A DNA stretch of 49,486 nt from Ignavibacteriaceae bacterium (GCA_036722835.1 DAIMIJ010000002.1:1-49486), one strand, 5' to 3'; numbered from the stretch's first letter, positions 22,735 through 32,093 are shown. A program made the numbers and translations. The notes: generated by a model not told the origin, from the sequence alone.

Positions 22735-23877
22735 ATGAATTTTGATTTCACAGAAGATCAACTGATGATTCAGCAATCCGCAAAAGAATTTGCCGAAGCT
22801 GAAATCGCTCCCAGTGCAGTTCAGAGAGATATTAAGGCAGAATTTCCTTCAAGCATTGTTAAAAAATTAGGTGAATTAGGATTTCTTGGGATGATGGTTC
22901 CACCCGAGTATGGAGGAGCCGGGCTTGATACGATAAGCTATGTTTTGGCTATGATAGAAATTTCCAAAGTAGATGCGAGTGTTGGCGTTATCATGTCGGT
23001 GAATAATTCTCTTGTATGCCATGGATTAGAAGAGTATGGATCAGATTATATAAAACAAAATTATTTAATCCCATTAGCAAAAGGTGAAAAGCTCGGAGCG
23101 TTTGCATTGTCAGAACCAGAAGCCGGAAGCGATGCAACTAAACAAAAAACTACGGCTGATAAAGATGGTGATTACTATGTCATTAATGGAATAAAGAATT
23201 GGACTACAAATGGAACTTCGGCAGATTATTTTTTAGTTATAGCTACCACTGATAAAGAAAAAGGTCATCATGGCATATCTACTTTACTTGTTGAAAAAGG
23301 CACACCGGGTTTTGATCACGGAAAAAAAGAAGATAAGTTGGGAATTAGAAGTTCTGACACAAGCTCACTAACATTTGAAAATTGCAGAGTACCGGCAAAA
23401 AATCTTGTTTGGGAAGAAGGTAAGGGATTTAACTTTGCAATGAACACACTTAATGGCGGAAGAATAGGAATTGCAGCTCAAGCAATTGGAATTGCGGAAG
23501 CATCATTCGAGGCAGCCCTTAAATATTCCAAGCAAAGAAAAGCTTTTGGAGTGAGCATTGCAAGCTTTCAAGCAATTCAGTTTAAGCTTGCTGACATGGC
23601 AGTGAAAATTGATGCAGCCAAACTGCTGACACTAAATGCAGCGGCTTTAAAGGATGCCGAAAAGAAATACTATAAAGAAGCTGCAATGGCTAAGCTTTAC
23701 TCATCAAAAATTGCAGTTGAATGTGCGCTTGAAGCAGTTCAAATTCATGGCGGTTATGGTTATGTGCGAGAGTATCTTGTAGAAAGATATTTACGCGATG
23801 CAAAGATCACAGAAATTTATGAGGGTACCTCCGAAATTCAAAATATCGTTATAGCACGCGCATTACTTGATGCATAA
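22735..23877 (+). CDS. Acyl-CoA dehydrogenase (short/medium-chain type)
   Basis: 380 aa. GAFALSEPEAGSDA, GGYGYVREY and IYEGTSEIQ motifs. Confidence 0.92.
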   Translation: MNFDFTEDQLMIQQSAKEFAEAEIAPSAVQRDIKAEFPSSIVKKLGELGFLGMMVPPEYGGAGLDTISYVLAMIEISKVDASVGVIMSVNNSLVCHGLEEYGSDYIKQNYLIPLAKGEKLGAFALSEPEAGSDATKQKTTADKDGDYYVINGIKNWTTNGTSADYFLVIATTDKEKGHHGISTLLVEKGTPGFDHGKKEDKLGIRSSDTSSLTFENCRVPAKNLVWEEGKGFNFAMNTLNGGRIGIAAQAIGIAEASFEAALKYSKQRKAFGVSIASFQAIQFKLADMAVKIDAAKLLTLNAAALKDAEKKYYKEAAMAKLYSSKIAVECALEAVQIHGGYGYVREYLVERYLRDAKITEIYEGTSEIQNIVIARALLDA

Positions 23878-23891
23878 ATTTTTTTATTGCA

Positions 23892-24347
23892 ATGAAAATT
23901 ATTTTTGTGTTGGTATTGTTCTTTATTCTAGCACCAATTTATGCTCAAACTGATTGGATAAAATGGGAGAAAGCTGATCTATCATATAGAAAAAATAGTG
24001 AGTTTGATAAAAGAAATTATTCTATTTCGGGAAAAAGTTTATCCGAGACTGCTATCAAATCAATAACCGCAGCTTATTGGTTTTTCATTTCTGATGTGGA
24101 TGGTGACAATTGTCCGTTCAGTCCATCTTGTTCTAAATTTTTTGTTCAGGCAATTAATGAAACGAATCTTCCTCAAGGAATGCTAATGTTCTTCGACCGG
24201 TTCACCCGTGATCTAAACATTTTTAATAGGGTTAATAAGTATCCTCGTGCTGGAGCAGTTCATTACCATGATCCTGTTTATCTCTATACTTTAGATGAAG
24301 ATAAAATTCGTTACCTCCCACCAAACACATTCATTAAAAGTGAATGA
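23892..24347 (+). CDS. YidD/haemolytic-domain-like protein with a signal peptide and N-terminal extension
   Basis: Signal peptide MKIIFVLVLFFILAPIYAQ. AYWFFISDVDGDNCPFSPSCSKFFVQAI...DRFTRD...HYHDPV matches the YidD core (Y..ISP...CRF.PTCS.Y...A...R..RC.P...DPV), but RCxP is not conserved. Confidence 0.6.
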   Translation: MKIIFVLVLFFILAPIYAQTDWIKWEKADLSYRKNSEFDKRNYSISGKSLSETAIKSITAAYWFFISDVDGDNCPFSPSCSKFFVQAINETNLPQGMLMFFDRFTRDLNIFNRVNKYPRAGAVHYHDPVYLYTLDEDKIRYLPPNTFIKSE

Positions 24348-25210
24348 ATAAACTATTCCTAATTATTTTATCAATCGTTGCAATTGTCTTTCCGCAAAAT
24401 GTTGACTCTAGTTTTAACTCGCTTTTTCAAAAAGAAAACGTTATCAAATTCGCTGATTATCTTTTTTGCGAAAAAGATTATCTGCGTTCGGCTAATGAAT
24501 ATTTAAGAATTGATAAAACTCTTAGAGATGAGAAAATCAATTTTAAGATTGCTCTTAGCTTTTCTATAGTCGGTGATTTTGTTTCGGCTAAAAATATTTT
24601 TGAAAGAATGACAGGAAGCTCACCTTACTATAAATCATCAAGACTTGAGCTGATGAAAATATTTTTTCTTGAAGAGAAATATTCCGAGCTAAGAGAATTT
24701 TTTCAAGCTGATAACGACAAAAAAATCCCACAAAACGAATTGGCGGAAAAAAAACTCTACTACATTTCATACCTGAAAGACAGCGTAGAAATTCCATCCT
24801 TCGATGATTTTGTAAAGCTCTATGATTTCAGCGAACAGGATGAAATCAATACTTTGTATAAAATGAAAATTAATCCGCCAAATAAAAATCCCTTTTCAGC
24901 TTCACTCTTATCAGCAATTATTCCGGGAGCCGGCAAGATTTACACAGGTGAAATTAGCGATGGTATTTTTGCGTTCATCACCACGGGTTTATTTTCTTTC
25001 CTTGCTTACGATAATTTCAAAGCTAATCATAATTTAAGAGGTTGGTTGTTTTCAAGTTTAGCCGTCATGTTTTATGCAGGTAATGTATATGGTTCATACG
25101 CTTCGGCGCAGATTTACAATGCTCGGATTAAATACGAATTTAATTTGCGATTGGATTCTTTTCTAAAATCGAAAAATTATTTTATACCGGAATATGACTT
25201 TTGTAAGTAA
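24344..25210 (+). CDS. TPR-like membrane protein with a C-terminal PGAG-x-YTG motif (paralog 1)
   Basis: N-terminal hydrophobic segment ending IVFPQN. LFCEKDYLRSANEYLR TPR-like helices. C-terminal LLSAIIPGAGKIYTGEISDGIFAF followed by hydrophobic helices and FYAGNVYG. ATGA overlap with the upstream gene. Confidence 0.7.
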   Translation: MNKLFLIILSIVAIVFPQNVDSSFNSLFQKENVIKFADYLFCEKDYLRSANEYLRIDKTLRDEKINFKIALSFSIVGDFVSAKNIFERMTGSSPYYKSSRLELMKIFFLEEKYSELREFFQADNDKKIPQNELAEKKLYYISYLKDSVEIPSFDDFVKLYDFSEQDEINTLYKMKINPPNKNPFSASLLSAIIPGAGKIYTGEISDGIFAFITTGLFSFLAYDNFKANHNLRGWLFSSLAVMFYAGNVYGSYASAQIYNARIKYEFNLRLDSFLKSKNYFIPEYDFCK

Positions 25211-26087
25211 GATCAATTCGACAAAAAGAATAGCTGCGTCAAAATTTCGAGAAGCGTTGCTAGTAATTTTTATGCTTATGAATAATTATATCTTTCCTCA
25301 AGCTAATCTTCATGTACAGTATGATTATGCCGGCAAGCTGTTTTGTGAAGAAAAATATTTTGATGCAATTACTGAATTTAAGCGGCTGCAATTCTTCGAT
25401 TCGCTAAACCAATATAGTTTTTTATCAAACAAACTGATCGGAATGAGTTACAAACATGGTGGAAAATTTAACGAAGCAATAAACTATTTTTCTAGAGCCG
25501 AATTGAATTCCCCGAACGCCGATTCACTTTTCAATGTTAAAATTGAGATTATTAAAACTAATTTGCTTCGTAGAACAATTTACCGCGCATTTGACTTATT
25601 AAATGAATTGAGTGGCGATGCGCGCTTTAATTTAAAGAAAGATCAAATAATTTATTTGAAGGGTTGGACTTACATCTTTAATGATGAATGGAAAAAAGCT
25701 GCAGATGAATTTGACAAATTAGAAGGTGAGCCAGAGCTAAAAAAATTATGCGAAAATGTTTCTAATGCTCAGTACTCACCGAAGTTAGCAAAAGTATTAT
25801 CTTACATTTTACCCGGGGCAGGACAATTTTATACGGGCAATTATATTAGCGGAATTTTATCATTTGGCTGGGTTGCTTTGTGGACGTACATTTCAATCGA
25901 AGCAATTTTAGCTGATAGAATATTTGATGGAGTGATGGTCGCTGACTTTTTAGCGTTTCGTTTTTATAACGGCAATTTACAGAATGCTGAAAAATTTGCA
26001 GTTGAGCATAATTTCGAAGTGAGTGATTGGATGCTTGATTATTTTCAGAATAATTACAGAGGTCCAAAACCCCAATTAATGCGGTAA
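25194..26087 (+). CDS. TPR-like membrane protein with a C-terminal PGAG-x-YTG motif (paralog 2)
   Basis: Hydrophobic segment ending YIFPQAN. LFCEEKYFDAITEFKR. C-terminal VLSYILPGAGQFYTGNYISGILSF plus hydrophobic helices and FYNGNLQ. 17-nt overlap with paralog 1. Confidence 0.7.
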   Translation: MTFVSKINSTKRIAASKFREALLVIFMLMNNYIFPQANLHVQYDYAGKLFCEEKYFDAITEFKRLQFFDSLNQYSFLSNKLIGMSYKHGGKFNEAINYFSRAELNSPNADSLFNVKIEIIKTNLLRRTIYRAFDLLNELSGDARFNLKKDQIIYLKGWTYIFNDEWKKAADEFDKLEGEPELKKLCENVSNAQYSPKLAKVLSYILPGAGQFYTGNYISGILSFGWVALWTYISIEAILADRIFDGVMVADFLAFRFYNGNLQNAEKFAVEHNFEVSDWMLDYFQNNYRGPKPQLMR

Positions 26088-26195
26088 GGGGCTTGCATAT
26101 TAAAATCAAAACGAAGTAAATTGTTTGTATCAAAAAATCAAGTATTGTTCTTTAGTAATAAATCAATTAGGAATTGATCATAACTTGGAGGATAA

Positions 26196-26801
26196 ATGAA
26201 AAAAGGTACAATTATTGGTTTGTCCGTTGCAGGAATAATAATTCTTTTTATAATCATTTTGATTTCATGGGGAATAAAAACTTACAACAATCTTATTACT
26301 ATCAATGAGGAAGTTAACCAAAGTTGGAGCCAGGTTGAAAATCAGTATCAAAGAAGAACCGACCTGATTCCCAATTTGGTGAACACGGTAAAAGGTTATG
26401 CAAATTTTGAAAGAGGTGTGCTAACCGATGTTACTGAAGCACGGGCAAAAGTAAGTCAGTTCAATATTACTCCTGAAGTATTAAATGATCCGCAAGCATT
26501 TCAGAAATTTGAACAACTTCAGGGAAATTTGAGCAGTGCTTTATCTCGATTACTTGTTACGGTAGAAAATTATCCCGAACTAAAAGCGAATGAGAATTTT
26601 CTACAGCTTCAAGCTCAACTTGAAGGAACGGAAAATAGGATTTCCGTTGAAAGAAGGAAGTTTAATTTATCTATTCAGAATTATAACACAACCATCAAGC
26701 GATTCCCTGCAGCTTTTTTTGCGGGTATTTTTGGATTTCGAGAAAAATCATATTTCAAATCAATAGCAGGATCAGAAACTCCGCCCAAAGTTGAATTTTG
26801 A
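26196..26801 (+). CDS. lemA: LemA family membrane protein
   Basis: N-terminal TM segment. YNNLITINEEVNQSWSQVENQYQRRTDLIPNLV and ENYPELKANENFLQLQ are typical LemA motifs. Confidence 0.9.
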   Translation: MKKGTIIGLSVAGIIILFIIILISWGIKTYNNLITINEEVNQSWSQVENQYQRRTDLIPNLVNTVKGYANFERGVLTDVTEARAKVSQFNITPEVLNDPQAFQKFEQLQGNLSSALSRLLVTVENYPELKANENFLQLQAQLEGTENRISVERRKFNLSIQNYNTTIKRFPAAFFAGIFGFREKSYFKSIAGSETPPKVEF

Positions 26802-27523
26802 AAAACATGTTTTATCTGTTCTTTCTGCTGATAAATTATTCATCATCGTTTGCTCAGCCCGAAATTCTTCAGCTTAGCAATTGGACTAATGATTTCACAA
26901 AAACATTATCACCAGAAGAGTTGCAGCAGCTAAACTTTCGGCTTAAAACTTACCAGGATACAACTACCAACCAGTTGGTTTCTCTTATGATTGCCTCACT
27001 CGATGGATATCCAATCGAAGAATATTCGTTTGAAGTTGCAGAAAAAAATAAGATTGGTACCAAGGAAAATTCAAATGGAATATTGTTCCTTGTTGTAAAG
27101 AACGATAGGAAAATGCGGATTGAAGTCGGATATGGATTGGAAAGCGTTCTTCCGGATGCATTAGCAAGTTCAATCATCAGAAATGAGGTTGCACCTTACT
27201 TCAGAAAAAACGAATACTACGCAGGAATTAATTCGGGAATTGACGCAATTATTGCGGCAATTGGTGGAGAGTATAAATCTAACTTTAAGGACTCGTCTGG
27301 CGGTATTGGTTTTACATTAATAATAATTCTTTTTATAACCATTATTTTAATTATGAGTTTTTTGCCTTCATCCAGGCGAATAGGTGGTCCGGGTGGATAT
27401 ATTAGTCGTGGAGGAAGCTGGGGCAGCGGAGGTTTTGGAGGCGGAAGAAGCGGGGGCGGTTTTGGTGGATTTAGCGGCGGAGGCGGTTCCTTTGGCGGGG
27501 GTGGTTCAAGCGGCAGTTGGTAG
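26798..27523 (+). CDS. TPM-domain (YgcG-like) protein with a TM segment and glycine-rich tail
   Basis: Signal peptide, TPM core (QLVSLMIASLDGYPIEEYS...RIEVGYGLE), one TM segment, and tail GGFGGGRSGGGFGGFSGGGGSFGGGGSSGSW. Overlaps the lemA stop. The ATG at 26807 is an alternative start. Confidence 0.85.
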   Translation: MKNMFYLFFLLINYSSSFAQPEILQLSNWTNDFTKTLSPEELQQLNFRLKTYQDTTTNQLVSLMIASLDGYPIEEYSFEVAEKNKIGTKENSNGILFLVVKNDRKMRIEVGYGLESVLPDALASSIIRNEVAPYFRKNEYYAGINSGIDAIIAAIGGEYKSNFKDSSGGIGFTLIIILFITIILIMSFLPSSRRIGGPGGYISRGGSWGSGGFGGGRSGGGFGGFSGGGGSFGGGGSSGSW

Positions 27524-27642
27524 TTAAAAAAAATTATTTGTTTTTCATTGAAGTTGTTTATTGGTTTTTGTAAAATTGATATGAAATTAAATACTTTTAT
27601 TAAAATAACTTCTCTTAAATAGTTACTAAGGAGTAAATTAAT

Positions 27643-27975
27643 ATGGCAATAATGATAACTGAGGAATGCATCAACTGTGGTGCTTGTGAGCCGGAATGCC
27701 CGAATACTGCAATTTATGAAGGTGGAGCTCAATGGGAATTAGCAGGTAAAACTTATGGTGCGGATGATGCTACTCCAAGTGGTGCTGCAGGTTTCTTTTC
27801 TAATGATTTTTTCTACATTGTTCCGGATAAATGTACAGAGTGTACAGGTTTTCATGATGAACCTCAATGTGCGGCAGTTTGTCCTGTAGATTGCTGTGTT
27901 CCGGATCCAAAACATGTCGAAGACAAAGATACTCTTCTTGCCCGCAAAGAATATCTTGACGGTGTAGGAAGATAA
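27643..27975 (+). CDS. 4Fe-4S dicluster ferredoxin
   Basis: [12 protein letters not shown] and CTECTG...CAAVCPVDC cysteine clusters. AAGGAG upstream of the start. Confidence 0.9.
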   Translation: MAIMITEECINCGACEPECPNTAIYEGGAQWELAGKTYGADDATPSGAAGFFSNDFFYIVPDKCTECTGFHDEPQCAAVCPVDCCVPDPKHVEDKDTLLARKEYLDGVGR

Positions 27976-28001
27976 CTTCAAAATAAATTCGAAATTAATT
28001 T

Positions 28002-28028
28002 GGGCATCAATTAGATGCCCTTTTTTTT
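28002..28028 (+). terminator. Rho-independent terminator after ferredoxin
   Basis: GGGCATC (28002-28008), loop AATTA, GATGCCC (28014-28020), then T8 (28021-28028). Confidence 0.85.
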
Positions 28029-28124
28029 GATTTCATGTTTCCGTGGTTTGTAAACTGCATTTATTGTCGTTCTAAAAAAAATTATATTTGAATTGTAGTT
28101 ATGATAAGTTAAACAGGTGGTAAA

Positions 28125-28853
28125 ATGCTTATATCCGGTGCATTAGAAAAAGCAAGACTTTATATCGAAACACATTCCAAAGAAAAGGAATCCGATAAAA
28201 GGGGAAAATTTGAAAAAGGACCTTGCATTACGATCTCAAGAGAAACCGGTGCAGGCGCCGATATTATAAGTCAAAAACTAATCGAGATTCTTCAAAAGTA
28301 TAAAAAAGAAAATTTACCTGACTGGACAATTTTCGATAAAAATTTGATCGAAAAAGTTCTTGAAGATCATCACCTGCCCAGAACACTTTCAGAAATCTTT
28401 GATGAAAAAAAATATTCGGCAATGATTTCTTTTGCAAGTGAATTACTTGCAGGACAGCCGTCTATTCACAGCTTGGTTTATAAAACCACACAAACAATTT
28501 TAAGCTTAGCAGAAATTGGGAACGTAATAATTGTAGGCAGAGGTGGAAATATTGTAACAAGTAATTTGCCAAATGCTTTTCATGTTAGATTGGTATCCAC
28601 AATCGAGGATAGAATAAAACATGTAAAAGAAGTTTATGGTTTTGATGCAAAACAGGCAACTTACTTTCTCAAAAAGGATGATCAAGCACGTAAGAATTAT
28701 TTAAAAACTTATTTTCACAAGCAAATTGATGATCCGCTGCTCTATCAATTAACTATTAACACACACCGATTCAATTACGATCAGTCCGCAGAATTAATCG
28801 CGGATGCAGTGATGACTAAGTTTCCGAAGTGTTTTAATCTTTCACATGAATAA
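28125..28853 (+). CDS. Cytidylate kinase-like family protein (P-loop-like NTPase fold, function unknown)
   Basis: CITISRETGAGADIISQKLIE near the N-terminus and GRGGNIV, as in the cytidylate-kinase-like family. Confidence 0.65.
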   Translation: MLISGALEKARLYIETHSKEKESDKRGKFEKGPCITISRETGAGADIISQKLIEILQKYKKENLPDWTIFDKNLIEKVLEDHHLPRTLSEIFDEKKYSAMISFASELLAGQPSIHSLVYKTTQTILSLAEIGNVIIVGRGGNIVTSNLPNAFHVRLVSTIEDRIKHVKEVYGFDAKQATYFLKKDDQARKNYLKTYFHKQIDDPLLYQLTINTHRFNYDQSAELIADAVMTKFPKCFNLSHE

Positions 28854-28855
28854 GT

Positions 28856-28890
28856 TTCCAATTGTCTGCGACGGCATTAAGCAATTGGAA
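28856..28890 (+). terminator. Inverted repeat after the kinase-like gene (weak terminator candidate)
   Basis: TTCCAATTG (28856-28864) pairs perfectly with CAATTGGAA (28882-28890), 9 bp, with a 17-nt loop. There is no strong T tract. Confidence 0.35.
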
Positions 28891-28920
28891 TTCTAAAATA
28901 AATTATATCATTAGCTAAAC

Positions 28921-29763
28921 ATGAAAATCGGAAAATATAATATTCACACAGTTAATTCAGGATATTTTTATTTAGATGGCGGAGCAATGTTTGGCATTAT
29001 TCCCAAACCTCTTTGGGAAAAGACTAATCCTGCAGATGAAGCAAACCGAATTAAGCTTGCCACGAGAAATCTTCTTTTAGTTTCTGAGGATAAAAAAATT
29101 CTGATTGATACTGGAATGGGGAATAAATGGTCAAAGAAATTAATTGAAATTTATAAAATTGAACAAGATGAGTTTTCTTTACAGACATCCCTTGCAAAGT
29201 TATCTGTAAAACCAGAAAACATCACAGATGTTTTATTGACACATCTTCATTTTGATCATACCGGCGGTTCCACCGAAATGATTAATGGGAAACTTTTACC
29301 GGCTTTTCAAAATGCAAAGTATCACGTCTCGGAGAAAAATTTCAATTGGGCAATGAATTCCTCAGAAAGAGATAAGGGCAGCTACGTAAAAGATAATTTT
29401 CTTCCACTGTTTGAAAATGGTGTGTTATATTTTTTTAAGGATAAATTATTTGATGATGAAATCGATTTAATTGAAGTGAACGGACACACTTTCGGAATGC
29501 AGCTTGTAAAAATATCTGATTCTGCAAATATCATTTTATTTTGTGCAGATCTTTTTCCATTCACATCGCATATTCCGTTACCGTACATAATGGGCTATGA
29601 GCTTCAGCCGCTTTTAACAGTTGAAGAAAAAAAGCAAATCCTACCAAAAGTTGTTGATGAGAATTGGAAACTATGTTTTGAGCATGATCCATTTTATCCC
29701 TTTGCAACGGTTGAAAAAACCGAAACGGGATTTAGAGTGAAAGAAAAATTTAATGAGCTTTAA
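28921..29763 (+). CDS. MBL-fold metallo-hydrolase
   Basis: THLHFDHTGG metal-binding motif. 280 aa. Confidence 0.85.
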   Translation: MKIGKYNIHTVNSGYFYLDGGAMFGIIPKPLWEKTNPADEANRIKLATRNLLLVSEDKKILIDTGMGNKWSKKLIEIYKIEQDEFSLQTSLAKLSVKPENITDVLLTHLHFDHTGGSTEMINGKLLPAFQNAKYHVSEKNFNWAMNSSERDKGSYVKDNFLPLFENGVLYFFKDKLFDDEIDLIEVNGHTFGMQLVKISDSANIILFCADLFPFTSHIPLPYIMGYELQPLLTVEEKKQILPKVVDENWKLCFEHDPFYPFATVEKTETGFRVKEKFNEL

Positions 29764-30100
29764 GAAGAATGAACCAGAGGGTTTTCAGAAAATCTGCTCA
29801 ATTAAAGATTTGCATGAAAATGCTGGCAAAAGATTTATAGTAAGCAATACAGAAATTGCCGTATTTCTGATTAAGAATAAAATATATGCAGTTAGCAATA
29901 TTTGTCCTCATCAGCATACCACGTTAATTTATGATGGTTTTATCGAGAACGGATATGTTGTCTGCCCGGCACACGGCTGGATGTTTAAATTAAAAACTGG
30001 AAGAACTTCTACAGGAAGCAGTGGATTAGAAGTTTATAAAACGATTGTTGTTGATGAACAAGTTTATGTTAAGGTTGAAGAAAAGAAATATTCCTGGTAA
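29753..30100 (+). CDS. Rieske [2Fe-2S] domain protein (NirD/ferredoxin-subunit-like)
   Basis: CPHQH...CPAHGW Rieske motif. 115 aa. 11-nt overlap with the MBL gene. Confidence 0.85.
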   Translation: MSFKKNEPEGFQKICSIKDLHENAGKRFIVSNTEIAVFLIKNKIYAVSNICPHQHTTLIYDGFIENGYVVCPAHGWMFKLKTGRTSTGSSGLEVYKTIVVDEQVYVKVEEKKYSW

Positions 30101-30118
30101 AAAAATATTATTTTATTA

Positions 30119-31060
30119 ATGCTTATGTTATTAAACAATGCGTTTGTAGGTGATCTCGTAAGAAGTTATGGATTTGATTTAGTTGGTTTTGCCGAATCAA
30201 AAGAGCTTGATATTGAAATAGAGCGTCTATCAGAATGGCTTGATCATGGTTATCAAGCAGGGATGACTTACATGCAAAGAAATCTGGATAAGAAAAAAGA
30301 TGTTAAAAAATTTTTATCCACTGCTAAATCAGTAATTTCTCTTGGAATAAATTATTATTCACCGGACAAATATTCCGAACAGGACAATCGGGGGAAAGTT
30401 TCACGCTATGCTTGGGGAAAAGATTATCATCTTGTTATTTGGGAGAAGTTAGATAAAATAATTGGCGAGCTTAAACATAAAGAACCTTCATTCGAAGCAG
30501 CATCGTATGTTGATACAGGTCCGGTTATGGACAAAGCATGGGCTGTTAGAAGCGGTATAGGTTGGCTCGGAAAACATACAAATGTCATCAATAAGAAAAT
30601 TGGCAGTTGGTTTTTTATTGCTAACATAATTACAAATTGGGAATTCGAATACTCCAATCCAATTGAAAATTTTTGCGGCTCATGCACAGCTTGTATTGAT
30701 GCTTGTCCAACAAATGCGATTATAAAAGAGTACGTTGTTGATTCAAACAAATGTATTTCATATTTGACAATTGAAAACAAACAAAACATTCCGGAGGAAT
30801 TCAAAAGTCAATTTGAGAATTGGGTTTTTGGCTGCGATATTTGTCAAGATGTTTGTCCCTGGAACATAAAATTTTCTAAAGTTACACTCACAAAAGAGTT
30901 TCACCCCCAAAAGGGAAATAGAGAGCTTAATATGGATGACGTACTGAATTTAACAAAAACAGAATTTGATAAAAGGTTTTCCGTTAGTCCAATTAAAAGA
31001 GCAAAGTTATCAGGGTTGAAAAGGAATGCGGAGTTCCTGCTATCAAAAAATGAATCTTGA
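30119..31060 (+). CDS. queG: Epoxyqueuosine reductase
   Basis: GWLGKHTNVIN, CGSCTACIDACPTNA and CDICQDVCPWN motifs. Confidence 0.9.
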   Translation: MLMLLNNAFVGDLVRSYGFDLVGFAESKELDIEIERLSEWLDHGYQAGMTYMQRNLDKKKDVKKFLSTAKSVISLGINYYSPDKYSEQDNRGKVSRYAWGKDYHLVIWEKLDKIIGELKHKEPSFEAASYVDTGPVMDKAWAVRSGIGWLGKHTNVINKKIGSWFFIANIITNWEFEYSNPIENFCGSCTACIDACPTNAIIKEYVVDSNKCISYLTIENKQNIPEEFKSQFENWVFGCDICQDVCPWNIKFSKVTLTKEFHPQKGNRELNMDDVLNLTKTEFDKRFSVSPIKRAKLSGLKRNAEFLLSKNES

Positions 31061-31130
31061 AACTTTGCCTCGGTGAATGAATCTAACAATTACAATTATT
31101 GAAAATTATTAAATATAGAAAGAAGCACAC

Positions 31131-32093
31131 ATGTCTGAAAAATCTAATCACTTTAAAGTTATAGTAATTGGTTCAGGTCCTGCCGGCTTTACCGCAGCAC
31201 TTTATACAGCCAGAGCAAATCTTAATCCTGCTATCTTTGAAGGAATGCAGCCCGGCGGGCAATTAACAATCACGACTGAGATTGAGAACTACCCAGGATT
31301 CGAAAATGGAATTCAAGGTCCGGAATTAATGGATATAATGCGAAAACAAGTTCTTCGTTTCGGTGCAACTTCATTTTATCAAGAAGTTACGGCGGTGGAT
31401 TTTTCAAAACGACCATTTATTATAAAATCGTATGATGAAGTGTTTACTGCAGATGCTATAATAATTGCAACCGGTGCTTCTGCAAGACTTTTGGGGTTAG
31501 AGAGTGAAAAGAAATTTATGGGTTACGGCGTTTCTGCTTGTGCAACATGCGATGGTTTTTTCTTTCGAAACCAAAAAATATTAGTTGTTGGCGGGGGAGA
31601 CACGGCAATGGAAGAGGCAAATTATTTAACAAAGTTTGCATCGGAAGTTACAATCATTCATAGAAGAGAAGAATTTCGTGCATCTAAAATAATGCTTGAT
31701 AGAGCGAAGAATAATCCTAAAATAAAATTCTTAATGAACAAAGTCGTTAAAGAAGTAATTGGTAAAGAGGAAGATAGTAAAAAAACGATGACAGGTGTTT
31801 TATTAGAGGATACAAAAGATCATAGTACCCAAGTATTTGAAGCACAAGGATTGTTTATTGCTATCGGTCATAAACCAAATACCGATTTATTTAAAGGTAT
31901 GCTGGATATGGATGAAACCGGTTATCTTAAATTAAAATCGGGATCAACCTATACAAAAATTGAGGGCGTGTTTGCAGCCGGAGATGTTGCTGATAAAGCA
32001 TATCGTCAAGCAATAACTGCTGCGGGATCGGGTTGTATGGCTGCAATTGATGCGGAAAGATGGCTTGAGACTCAAGCGCATCTTCATGCATAA
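31131..32093 (+). CDS. trxB: Thioredoxin-disulfide reductase
   Basis: GSGPAG FAD motif, redox-active CATCDG, GGGDTAMEEA NADPH motif, and GDVAD. Confidence 0.95.
   Translation: MSEKSNHFKVIVIGSGPAGFTAALYTARANLNPAIFEGMQPGGQLTITTEIENYPGFENGIQGPELMDIMRKQVLRFGATSFYQEVTAVDFSKRPFIIKSYDEVFTADAIIIATGASARLLGLESEKKFMGYGVSACATCDGFFFRNQKILVVGGGDTAMEEANYLTKFASEVTIIHRREEFRASKIMLDRAKNNPKIKFLMNKVVKEVIGKEEDSKKTMTGVLLEDTKDHSTQVFEAQGLFIAIGHKPNTDLFKGMLDMDETGYLKLKSGSTYTKIEGVFAAGDVADKAYRQAITAAGSGCMAAIDAERWLETQAHLHA

Noticed and set aside
22536-22751. 71-aa minus-strand ORF covering the rlmN start and the divergent spacer
   Set aside because: It overlaps the rlmN N-terminus and the start of the acyl-CoA dehydrogenase. 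AT-rich spacer read-through with no domain.
26162-26178. 7-bp/3-nt-loop palindrome ATCAATT-AGG-AATTGAT just upstream of the lemA SD
   Set aside because: It is a purely A/T-rich short palindrome in an AT-rich spacer and is plausible by chance. It shares no sequence with the 79-nt repeat cores and has no T tract.
27217-27732. 171-aa proline-rich ORF on the minus strand
   Set aside because: It is the reverse-complement shadow of the glycine-rich tail of the TPM protein (GGN codons read as NCC/CCN). It also runs into the ferredoxin start. It has no independent coding signal.
30427-30804. 125-aa minus-strand ORF inside queG
   Set aside because: It is antisense to the Fe-S motif region of queG and is a shadow ORF.
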